NCBI GenBank assembly: GCA_964525535.1
Contig: CAZGHT010000017.1
Coordinates: 696-64,695 of the forward strand
Direction: 5' to 3'
DNA: 64,000 nucleotides
From: an uncultured Rhodothermaceae bacterium
Lineage (GTDB): Bacteria; Bacteroidota; Rhodothermia; Rhodothermales; JAHQVL01
In this document: positions 1-9,076 of the stretch, piece by piece
Layout of the letters: each line of letters begins with the position of its first letter
Numbering within the stretch: the stretch's first letter is position 1
Notes under the pieces: model-generated
What the model was told of the DNA's origin: nothing
Databases searched by the model: none
What the model saw: the letters and a program-made list of their open reading frames with translations, nothing else
Position numbers and translations under genes: made by a program

Positions 1-2
1 CA

Positions 3-1736
3 CAGGCAATGGTACGAGGCTACCAGGGAAACGACCTCTCGCAAAACAACACCCTGCTGGCTACCGTCAAACATTTTGCCCTCTACGGCGCACCGGAAGG
101 CGGACGAGATTACAACACGGTAGATATGAGCCGGATTCGGATGTTCAACGAATATTTCCCGCCCTACAAAGCAGCCGTAGATGCAGGCGTAGGAAGCGTC
201 ATGACAGCCTTCAATGAAGTAGACGGCATTCCTGCATCGGGCAATAGATGGCTGCTTACCGATGTGTTGCGGTCCCGATGGGGGTTCGATGGCTTCGTCG
301 TCTCCGACTACACAGCGATCAATGAGATGATCGCCCACGGCGTGGGAGATCTGCAAACGGTTTCGGCCATGGCGCTGAACGCCGGCGTGGACATGGATAT
401 GGTAGGAGAAGGCCTGCTCACGACGCTGAAACAATCCCTCGATGAGGGAACAGTAACCATGGCAGATATCGACAGAGCCGTCAAGAGAATCTTATCGGCC
501 AAATTCGAGCTGGGCCTGTTCGATAACCCCTACCAGTATCTCGACGAAGAGCGATCGGAAAGAGATGTGTTCTCCAGCGAGCACCGAGAGATCGCCCGTA
601 CTATTGCGGCGCAATCCATGGTGTTGCTGGAAAACTCGGACAACATCCTGCCGCTAGAGAAGGCCGGCGCCATCGCGTTGATCGGGCCGCTGGCCGATGC
701 CACCGTAAATATGACGGGCACCTGGAGCGTAGCAGCCATCCATTCAAACGCCACGTCACTGCGAGCAGGTCTTGCATCGCTAAACGATGTGGAGGTCCTC
801 TACGCCAAGGGCTCGAACCTGACGTACGACGCAGACCTAGAAAGCCGATCCACCCTGTTTGGCAAATCGCTGGGCAGAGACGAGCGCTCCCCGGAGACGA
901 TGTTAAACGAAGCCTTGCAGGTGGCAGAACAGGCTGACGTGGTTGTCGCAGCCCTGGGTGAAGCCGCTGAGATGAGCGGCGAGTCCAGCAGCCGCACGAA
1001 TATCGAAATCCCCCGGGCACAAAAGGATTTGCTGGCAGCTCTATTAGGGACGAACAAGCCTGTCGTGCTGGTGTTATTCACCGGACGCCCCCTCGTATTG
1101 ACGGAAGAGAAGGAAAACGTCTCTGCCATACTCAATGTCTGGTTTCCGGGCAGCGAAGCCGGCCACGCCATTGCCGACGTCTTGTTCGGCGAAGTCAACC
1201 CTTCGGGAAAACTGCCGATGACCTTTCCCCGCAGCGTCGGACAAATTCCGATCTACTACAACCACAAAAATACGGGCCGGCCGCTGGGAAATACCGAAGG
1301 CCGGTTTGAGAAATTCCGTTCCAACTACCTGGATGAAAGAAACGAACCGCTTTATCCCTTCGGATACGGATTGAGCTATACGACGTTCGACTATTCGGAG
1401 GTCATGGTGAGCCAGGCTGAGTTGGCCGGCACGGACACCTTACGTGCCTCCGTTATGCTTGAAAATACGGGCCCTTACGACGGCGCCGAGGTCGTACAAT
1501 TGTATATCAGGGACAAAGTAGGAAGCATTACCCGTCCCGTAAAAGAGCTGAAAGGATTTCAAAAGGTCCACCTGGAGGCAGGCGAGCGCCGAGAAGTGAC
1601 CTTTACGGTCACAACGGATCTTCTGAAATTCTACAATTACGATCTCGTATACGACTGGGAGCCGGGTGAATTCGAAATCATGATCGGCACGAATGCGTCC
1701 GAGCTGAGTAGTGTAACCGTGTTCTGGAATAAATAA
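3..1736 (+). CDS. bglX: Glycoside hydrolase family 3 beta-glucosidase (BglX-like), 5'-truncated by the window edge
   Basis: The frame is open from the window edge. GH3 hallmarks are present: KHFALYGAPEGGRDYN, the GFVVSDY nucleophile context, and a C-terminal beta-sandwich (YIRDKVGSITRPVKELKGFQKV). Stop codon at 1734-1736. Confidence 0.85.
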   Translation, partial: QAMVRGYQGNDLSQNNTLLATVKHFALYGAPEGGRDYNTVDMSRIRMFNEYFPPYKAAVDAGVGSVMTAFNEVDGIPASGNRWLLTDVLRSRWGFDGFVVSDYTAINEMIAHGVGDLQTVSAMALNAGVDMDMVGEGLLTTLKQSLDEGTVTMADIDRAVKRILSAKFELGLFDNPYQYLDEERSERDVFSSEHREIARTIAAQSMVLLENSDNILPLEKAGAIALIGPLADATVNMTGTWSVAAIHSNATSLRAGLASLNDVEVLYAKGSNLTYDADLESRSTLFGKSLGRDERSPETMLNEALQVAEQADVVVAALGEAAEMSGESSSRTNIEIPRAQKDLLAALLGTNKPVVLVLFTGRPLVLTEEKENVSAILNVWFPGSEAGHAIADVLFGEVNPSGKLPMTFPRSVGQIPIYYNHKNTGRPLGNTEGRFEKFRSNYLDERNEPLYPFGYGLSYTTFDYSEVMVSQAELAGTDTLRASVMLENTGPYDGAEVVQLYIRDKVGSITRPVKELKGFQKVHLEAGERREVTFTVTTDLLKFYNYDLVYDWEPGEFEIMIGTNASELSSVTVFWNK

Positions 1737-1929
1737 ACCCGCATATTTATATTCCCAAGGCCGTGCAGGCTCATGCGATCACCTTCGGTATCCGCTGCGG
1801 GATTCATTACCAATAGTGCCTCCTTATCGACACCCTGTATCGTTCTCTTCACATAAACGGCATAATGCTTTATCTTTGGAGTTAGTCTTTGGAGTTACGC
1901 CGTTCCACCACCACTCTTGAGGAAGACCC

Positions 1930-4900
1930 ATGCTCCTGATCCTGGCGATAGGATTGTTGCTCTTTCCCCCAATAGCAGCATCCGCACAGACGGCTCCCAT
2001 TCAAAGCGTATCGGATGTCCGCTTTAAACGACACGATATGTCAAATGGATTATCCTTCAACGGTGTGACGACCATTGCTCAGGATTCCGTAGGCTTTTTA
2101 TGGATCGGTACTCGGAAAGGTCTTAACCGCTACGACGGCTACACGTTCACCCACTACTGGCACGACCCGGAAGACTCTACGTCCCTTTCAGGTAACGAAG
2201 CGCACTACGTATACGTGGATACACGGGGTGTGGTATGGGTAGCCGGCCCTACAGGGCTCAACCGATACGATAGAGAGCGAGATGCGTTCACCCGATTTCA
2301 ACCCGATCCCGACGATCCATCAAGCCTATCTCATAGACGCCTCTGCTGCGTCCTTGAAGACCGTGAAGGCATCTTGTGGGTTGGATCCAACGATGGATTG
2401 AATCGATTCGACCGTGAAACCGAAACCTTCACGCATTTCAAGCACGACCCAAATGACCCGAATAGTCTTAGTTCAGGACCTGTAAGTGGGATCTACGAGG
2501 ACCGATCGGGCACACTCTGGATCGGAACGCTGGAACGCTACGGGGGCACCGGAGGACTTAATCGATTCGATCGCCAAACCGAAACCTTCGAGCGATATGT
2601 TCACGATCCCAACAACGAACATACGCTCATAGACAACAGCATACGGTCGATCTACGAGGATTCCTATGGGACCTTCTGGGTCGGCGCTATGGGAGAGGAT
2701 GCGCTTCATACGATGCATCGTAAAACCGGCGCCTTTACCCGCCTGACATACGACCCTACAAACCCCATCGGCATCAGCCAGCCTCGCCTGCGCAATGAAG
2801 TCTTTCATACCCGGCTGGCGTACTACGTCGGTGTCTGGGCTATTCTCGAAGACAAAGAAGGAAGACTCTGGTTCGGAGCCCATCAAGGTGGGGTCGACCG
2901 GTACGACCCTCGTAGTGGAGAAGTTCGGCATTATGAGTACGAAGCCAATCAGCCTCAAAGCCTGGGCAACAACTGGCCCTGGACGTTTTACGAAGACCAC
3001 TCCGGAGCCATGTGGGTTGCTGATGATGCGAGCGCCTCACTGGCCATGCCCGTGTTGTTCCAGAAATACCAGGACGTGTATTCAGAGGATGGCAATAATA
3101 TCTTGTGTATCCTGGAGGATCGAACGGGTGCCGTGTGGGCAGGTACCACGGGGGGCATCAGAAAAGTACACCGCGGATCGGCCTCCTTCATTCCGTCCGA
3201 TCTCAATGATGAGGTCTTGTCCAGCAAACCCATCCATGCTCTGCTCGAAGACCGCGAAGGATCGATCTGGTTGGGAACGGACGAAGGCCTGGCCAGGTGG
3301 GCGCCAGATACCCGGGAATTAACCTGGTATCGACCCCTTGCCGAGAATCCCCGGAGCATCCATGACGGAGGCGTTCATGCTTTGTTCGAGGACGATTCCG
3401 GCAGAATCTGGGCGGGTGGAAAACAAGGCGTCATCAGCCTATTAACGCCCCGCGACAATAGCTTCACCCATCTGTTTGTCGAAGAAAACGCAGTAGGCGA
3501 CAACATGACGTCCTTTTATGAGGATCGCTCTGGACAACTCTGGTTCATGTCTGCCAACGGAATCCGCACGATTGACCAGGCCTCCGGCACGGTAGGCCCC
3601 GATTTGAAGGGATTCAACCACAACAGCTTCATCTTCGAAGACCGTTCAGGGACGCTCTTGCTCGGCAGTTTATCCTATGGTCTTCATATATGGAACCGTG
3701 AGACAGAACTATTTGAGGAATTCCGAACTCCTTCGGGATTGGTGGTCAGTGGAGCGTTAGGGATACTGGAAGACGATCACGGGTACCTGTGGATCAGCGA
3801 CAAACCTGGGTTGGTCCGGTATAATCCTGCCGAACAAACCATCACCTATTTCAAAGATGTAGATGGCTTACCCCCGGTAGGGTTCAACAGAAACAGCGCC
3901 CATAAAGGCCACAGCGGCACCCTGTACTTCGGGGGTCCTACCGGGCTGTTTGCCTTTGACCCCGGCGCGTTCGCAGCACAATCTCCCCCGCCGAAAATGG
4001 CCCTGACGGAATTGAGGCTGTCCAACACACCGGTTGCCCTCGGCGACGATTCCCCCCTCAAGAGACACATCTCGGTCGCTCGCTCATTGACGCTCAAACA
4101 CGACCAAAATGACATCGGCCTCTCGTTCGCTGCATTCGACTTCCGCCGGCCTGAGGACAACCTCTTCCGGTATAAACTCGAAGGCTACGACGAAGACTGG
4201 CAGGGGCCTACGACCGATCACCGGGTCAATTACACTAACCTGGATCCAGGCAGGTACACGTTTCGCGTACGGGCCGCCAACTCGGACGGGGTGTGGAACG
4301 AGAATGGGGTGTCATTCCATATCCGGATCGCCCTACCCTGGTGGCAGACGGTATGGGCCTATTCTCTTTATGCCTTCGGCCTGGTCGGCCTGGTTTTTGG
4401 CGTTGATCGATATCAGCGCAGCCGGCTCATCGCCAAAGAGCGTCTCCGTGCCGAACAGGAGAAAGCCCGGGCCATCGCTTCGACGAACAGTGAACTCCAA
4501 CGCGCCCTCAAGCACCTCACCGAAACCCAGGACCAGCTCATCCATACCGAGAAGATGGCCTCGCTCGGGCAGCTCACCGCCGGCGTTGCGCACGAAATCA
4601 AAAACCCGCTCAACTTCGTCAACAATTTCGCCGCCCTCTGCGCCAATCAGACCGAGGACATCGAAGAGGTCCTCCGAAAACACCAGAACAAACTGCCTGC
4701 CGGGGAGGCCCACGAGCTCAAATCGCTCCTGGACGACCTGAAAGTCAACGCCCAGAAGATCGCCGAACACGGCGGTCGTGCCGACGGCATCATCCGATCG
4801 ATGCTCGAACATTCCCGCGCCGAGCCGGGTGAGCGCCGGCCCGTCGATCTCAACAAGCTCCTCGACGAATTCGTCAACCTGGCCTATCACGGCTTCCGTG

Positions 4901-5352
4901 CCCGCTCTAACGGCAGCGCCGAGGCCATCCGCGTGATTCGAGCGTACGACGAGGCCCTGCCCAAAATCGAGGTCGTTCCTCAAGAGATGGGCAGGGTGTT
5001 CATCAACATCCTGGACAATGCGTTTTACGCCGTCCAACAGTCTCTGACAAAAGCCCGGATCGACCGCCGGGGGTATCAGCCTTCGATCACCGTTTCGACA
5101 GAACACCGGGAAGGGCTCATAGACATCCGTATCGAAGACAACGGCATAGGCATTCAAAAAGACATTCAAGACAGGATCTTCGAGCCCTTTTTCACCACCA
5201 AACCCACGGGCAGCGGTACGGGATTGGGGCTGAGCCTGAGCTACGATATCGTGACCAAGGGACATGGGGGCACGCTGGTGGTCGAAAGCGAAGAAGGCGA
5301 GGGCGCCAGGTTCATCATCCAGCTTCCTACTCGTAAGGATTCGCATACATAG
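1930..5352 (+). CDS. Sensor histidine kinase with a periplasmic two-component-regulator propeller and Y_Y_Y domain; no receiver or HTH domain
   Basis: Signal peptide, then many 'LWIGT..GLNRYD'-type propeller repeats and a Y_Y_Y region (FRYKLEGYDEDW...YTFRVRA). One TM helix (WAYSLYAFGLVGLVFGV) is followed by a coiled coil, the H-box VAHEIKNPLNFV, and ATPase boxes ILDNAFYA, DNGIGI, GTGLGLS. Confidence 0.85.
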   Translation: MLLILAIGLLLFPPIAASAQTAPIQSVSDVRFKRHDMSNGLSFNGVTTIAQDSVGFLWIGTRKGLNRYDGYTFTHYWHDPEDSTSLSGNEAHYVYVDTRGVVWVAGPTGLNRYDRERDAFTRFQPDPDDPSSLSHRRLCCVLEDREGILWVGSNDGLNRFDRETETFTHFKHDPNDPNSLSSGPVSGIYEDRSGTLWIGTLERYGGTGGLNRFDRQTETFERYVHDPNNEHTLIDNSIRSIYEDSYGTFWVGAMGEDALHTMHRKTGAFTRLTYDPTNPIGISQPRLRNEVFHTRLAYYVGVWAILEDKEGRLWFGAHQGGVDRYDPRSGEVRHYEYEANQPQSLGNNWPWTFYEDHSGAMWVADDASASLAMPVLFQKYQDVYSEDGNNILCILEDRTGAVWAGTTGGIRKVHRGSASFIPSDLNDEVLSSKPIHALLEDREGSIWLGTDEGLARWAPDTRELTWYRPLAENPRSIHDGGVHALFEDDSGRIWAGGKQGVISLLTPRDNSFTHLFVEENAVGDNMTSFYEDRSGQLWFMSANGIRTIDQASGTVGPDLKGFNHNSFIFEDRSGTLLLGSLSYGLHIWNRETELFEEFRTPSGLVVSGALGILEDDHGYLWISDKPGLVRYNPAEQTITYFKDVDGLPPVGFNRNSAHKGHSGTLYFGGPTGLFAFDPGAFAAQSPPPKMALTELRLSNTPVALGDDSPLKRHISVARSLTLKHDQNDIGLSFAAFDFRRPEDNLFRYKLEGYDEDWQGPTTDHRVNYTNLDPGRYTFRVRAANSDGVWNENGVSFHIRIALPWWQTVWAYSLYAFGLVGLVFGVDRYQRSRLIAKERLRAEQEKARAIASTNSELQRALKHLTETQDQLIHTEKMASLGQLTAGVAHEIKNPLNFVNNFAALCANQTEDIEEVLRKHQNKLPAGEAHELKSLLDDLKVNAQKIAEHGGRADGIIRSMLEHSRAEPGERRPVDLNKLLDEFVNLAYHGFRARSNGSAEAIRVIRAYDEALPKIEVVPQEMGRVFINILDNAFYAVQQSLTKARIDRRGYQPSITVSTEHREGLIDIRIEDNGIGIQKDIQDRIFEPFFTTKPTGSGTGLGLSLSYDIVTKGHGGTLVVESEEGEGARFIIQLPTRKDSHT

Positions 5353-5480
5353 ATATTATGTAGGGAAGACGTCCCTCCATTCTGATCCCCCTTCCGCCAA
5401 TCCGGGGTTAGTAGTTAAAGAACCTTTATCGACACACGATACCTGGCACCCATCGCCGGGTCAAAGAGATTACCGGACCC

Positions 5481-8400
5481 ATGACTCGACTCGTCCTACC
5501 CCTGATTCTAAGTTGCGTGTTGGCTCCTTCCGGCCGCGTCGTACACGCACAGGAGAACCACACCTATCGCATCGACTACTTTGACGCTTCGGATGGCCTG
5601 CCCGCCGATCTCGTATACTCCATACAGGAGGACTCCCTGGGTTTTCTATGGGTAGGTACGCGCAATGGCCTGGCTCGCTTTGACGGATACGAATTCGAAA
5701 CCTTCAGCCCACGACCCGATGACTCAACGAGCATAACGGGCAAAATCATAGAAACGATTCACGTCGATGCGCGCGGCCGTGTATGGGCGGGCGGAGCATC
5801 CGCACAAACCCATGGCGTCAGTTATTATGACACGAGCACGGAGCAATTCGTCCGATTCCAGCATGACCCCTACGACCCCAATAGTTTGCTGGATAACGAA
5901 GTCATGATCATAGAGTCGTCGCCTTCAGACCCCGATATCATCTGGATCGGGTCCCGAGACTGGCCGCTGGGCCAGACCAGCGGCATCAGTCGATTGAATA
6001 TGTCAACCCACACGTTTACCCATTTTACAACAAAGCAGGGGCTGAGCGACAACCAGATCCGCGACATACTCGCCACTCGTGATGGCGCCGTATGGGCCAT
6101 GGACGTTTTTGGCCAGCTCAATCGATTCGACCCCGAATCTCAGCATTTCATCCCTTTTCACCCGGGAACTGCGTTTTCGGCGTCCCATCGAGGCCGCCTG
6201 TACGAGGATTCTTCGGGCACCTTGTGGATCGCTGCACCTGGCGGGCTGGGCTCGTTCGACCCTGATTCTGAAACCTTTCATCTGGTGGAATCGCTCTCCG
6301 AACACGACGAACCAGGCGTTATGCTCGAAGATCGAAAAGGCATCTACTGGGTGGGCGGTCGAAATGGCCTTTCCCTGTTTGATCCCGTTACGAAAACGTT
6401 TACCCCATTCAAGCACCAGCTCCCCGAATGGACCCATGTTAATGCACTCCTTCTTGACAGAAACGGCATTTTATGGGCCGGTGGCAGCAGCGGTCTCATG
6501 AAAATAGAACGACGCTCCAATCCATTCGCGGTGTACACTTCCGATCCTTTTGATCTGAGTGAACTGGGATATATACGTCACATGCTGGAGTACTCGAAGA
6601 ACACCATCTGGTTAAGCACCGGCAATTCACTCCATGCTTTTGATCGAGAAAAGAGGCGGATAAAAAGTTATAGCGCGAATGAAATGCAAATCTCAAATCG
6701 GACGATCGACTATACAGGAGGCATCGGTCGTTTGTTTAAGGACAACCACGGCATGGTATGGACCGGCAGCAACTGCATAGAACCCAAACTGTACGAGATC
6801 GATCTTTCTGGCCCAGTCATCACACGCAGCTACGAATATCATTCGGATGACCCAAACACAATCCTCGCAGGATGCCTCAATATGCCTGTCCAGAGTACGG
6901 AAGGCGACCTGTTGATCCCCCAATGGGGATCCGGCGGGATGACGAGGTTTAACCCGGATAACGGTCTGACAAAGCGGTACACCCCGGAAACGCACGGTTT
7001 AGTCAGCGATCGCGCCCTGAGGATTTATGAAGCCCCCTCTGAGCCGGGCATCGCCTGGGTAGGCACCGAACATGGGCTGAGTCGCGTAGATCTGAATTCG
7101 GATGAAGTGGCCAATTACCCGGACGTTCGGCTCTTCCGTTCGATGATGATGCACGAAGATCGAGCCGGCCGGTTCTGGATTGCTACGGCAAACCAGGGGG
7201 TGCACCTCTTCGACCGAGAAGCGGGCGACATCCTGAAAACCTATACGATGGAAGAGGGTCTGGCCAACGACCAGGTATTCTCCATCTATGAGGATAACCA
7301 GGGTTACCTCTGGCTGGGCACCGCCAACGGGTTATCCCGCTTTGACCCCGACAGGGAGACCTTCACGAATTTTTACGAGGAGGATGGGCTACCGGGCAAC
7401 CTGTTCTACGAAAGCCAGCATTTCCAGAGCGAGAGCGGCGAGCTCTTCTACTCAGCCTCAGGAAAGCTGGTATCCTTTCTCCCTGAAGACGTTTTTATTG
7501 AACCCGTGCAACCCGTTACACGCATCAAAGGATTGCGCATCAACGAGCTCCCGGTTGTAGTCGATGAGGACTCACCACTGCAAACTTCCATGTTATTTAC
7601 CGAGCATATTGACCTGACCCACGACCAGGATGACGTCACCTTTGAATTTGTTGGCCTTCAGCTCATCGACCCCTCTCAAACCCGTTATCGTTACCAGCTA
7701 GCCGGCTACGACGAAGATTGGATCTACGCCGGCACCCAGCGCAACGCACGCTACACCAACCTGCCTTCCGGCACGTATACGTTCCGCGTGGCCTCCAGGA
7801 ACGGAAGCAGCGACTGGGACGAAACGTCCGTGAGATTGACCATCCAGCCACCGTGGTGGAACACGGTATGGGCGTATCTGAGCTACGGGCTGGTGTTTGC
7901 TTTTGGTATATTGGGAGTAGATCGAATGCAGCGCCGCCGGCTCATCGCGAAGGAACGCCTCCGTGCCGAACGCGAAAAGGCAGCGGCTATCGAACATACC
8001 AATTACGAATTACAGAACACCCTCGAACACCTGAAAGAGACCCAGGCTCAGTTGATTCACTCGGAAAAGATGGCCTCGCTGGGCCAGTTGACCGCCGGCA
8101 TCGCGCATGAAATCAAAAACCCGCTCAACTTCGTCAATAACTTCTCCCGGCTCTCGGTCAGCGCCGCTGAAGAGCTTCTCGCCTTAAAAGAGAAACGTCG
8201 AGACCTGAACGACGAAGACGTCGATGAACTCATACACACGTTGAAGTTAAATGCCGAAAAAGTCGTTCTTCACGGCGATCGCGCCGACGGCATCATCCGA
8301 TCGATGCTCGAGCACTCCCGGAGCGAACCCGGAGAACGCCGGGGCGTGAACTTCAACCAGCTGATCGATGAATACATCAACCTGGCGTTCCACAGCTGGA

Positions 8401-8894
8401 GAGCGGCCAATCAAAACGGGGCGCCCCAATCCAACCCCGTTCCTACCATCACACGGCAGTATCACGATTCGGTCGGCGACGTGTCGGTGATTCCGCAGGA
8501 AATCGGCCGTGTGCTCATCAACCTGCTGGACAATTCCTTCTATGCGGTAAGTGCGGAGTATGAGGTTCGGAGTTCGGAATTCGGCGTTCGGCGTGCAGGA
8601 GAGGAAGAGATACTCCCCATACGCCGAGATGGCTTTGCACCTGAAGTGATCGTAACCACCAAGCGGATGAACAACGTGGTCGAAGTCCGCATTACCGACA
8701 ACGGACCGGGCATCCCGTGCGAGGTACAACAGCGGATCTTCGAGCCCTTCTTTACGACTAAACCTACGGGACAGGGTACCGGGCTGGGGCTGTCCCTCAG
8801 CCACGACATTGTCGTCAAAGGGCACGGAGGCACACTGACCGTCGAGAGCGCGCCCGGAGAAGGAACTACGTTTGTCCTCCGAATACCGGGATAG
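5481..8894 (+). CDS. Sensor histidine kinase, tandem paralog of 1930..5352 (propeller + Y_Y_Y + HisKA/HATPase)
   Basis: Same architecture as the upstream gene. The TM-to-H-box segment is near-identical (RLIAKERLRAE.EKA.AI..TN.ELQ..L.HL.ETQ.QLIH.EKMASLGQLTAG.AHEIKNPLNFVNNF). There is an extra insert in the ATPase domain (EYEVRSSEFGVRRAGEEEILPIRRDG). Confidence 0.85.
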   Translation: MTRLVLPLILSCVLAPSGRVVHAQENHTYRIDYFDASDGLPADLVYSIQEDSLGFLWVGTRNGLARFDGYEFETFSPRPDDSTSITGKIIETIHVDARGRVWAGGASAQTHGVSYYDTSTEQFVRFQHDPYDPNSLLDNEVMIIESSPSDPDIIWIGSRDWPLGQTSGISRLNMSTHTFTHFTTKQGLSDNQIRDILATRDGAVWAMDVFGQLNRFDPESQHFIPFHPGTAFSASHRGRLYEDSSGTLWIAAPGGLGSFDPDSETFHLVESLSEHDEPGVMLEDRKGIYWVGGRNGLSLFDPVTKTFTPFKHQLPEWTHVNALLLDRNGILWAGGSSGLMKIERRSNPFAVYTSDPFDLSELGYIRHMLEYSKNTIWLSTGNSLHAFDREKRRIKSYSANEMQISNRTIDYTGGIGRLFKDNHGMVWTGSNCIEPKLYEIDLSGPVITRSYEYHSDDPNTILAGCLNMPVQSTEGDLLIPQWGSGGMTRFNPDNGLTKRYTPETHGLVSDRALRIYEAPSEPGIAWVGTEHGLSRVDLNSDEVANYPDVRLFRSMMMHEDRAGRFWIATANQGVHLFDREAGDILKTYTMEEGLANDQVFSIYEDNQGYLWLGTANGLSRFDPDRETFTNFYEEDGLPGNLFYESQHFQSESGELFYSASGKLVSFLPEDVFIEPVQPVTRIKGLRINELPVVVDEDSPLQTSMLFTEHIDLTHDQDDVTFEFVGLQLIDPSQTRYRYQLAGYDEDWIYAGTQRNARYTNLPSGTYTFRVASRNGSSDWDETSVRLTIQPPWWNTVWAYLSYGLVFAFGILGVDRMQRRRLIAKERLRAEREKAAAIEHTNYELQNTLEHLKETQAQLIHSEKMASLGQLTAGIAHEIKNPLNFVNNFSRLSVSAAEELLALKEKRRDLNDEDVDELIHTLKLNAEKVVLHGDRADGIIRSMLEHSRSEPGERRGVNFNQLIDEYINLAFHSWRAANQNGAPQSNPVPTITRQYHDSVGDVSVIPQEIGRVLINLLDNSFYAVSAEYEVRSSEFGVRRAGEEEILPIRRDGFAPEVIVTTKRMNNVVEVRITDNGPGIPCEVQQRIFEPFFTTKPTGQGTGLGLSLSHDIVVKGHGGTLTVESAPGEGTTFVLRIPG

Positions 8895-9076
8895 GAAGAG
8901 AACAGGTCTGTAGGCTCACAGGGCAATTCATCATACCCTACTAACATTTCTCTAAAATAACCGTAACGCATGCATGGATAGGTATTGAAAATCAGTGTCT
9001 ATCGGCACGTTCCGGCACCGGTCTGAACGGATGTGCTTCACTCCCCTTCACGAGCCTCATTCATAATACGACTGCC

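Noticed and set aside
1873-1896. Tandem 12-nt repeat tctttggagtta x2 upstream of the first propeller kinase
   Set aside because: There are only two copies, no palindromic character and no recurrence elsewhere in the window. I noted it but it is too slight for a regulatory call.
4333-5346. Long antisense ORFs inside well-supported genes (4333..5346-, 9482..10426-, 13568..14626-, 18055..19071-, 40857..41576+, 43806..44726+, 50340..51380-, 62741..63400+)
   Set aside because: Each lies fully within a gene whose protein has unmistakable family motifs on the other strand. Their translations are Arg/Gly/Asp-skewed and lack motifs. They are a codon-bias artefact of GC-rich DNA.
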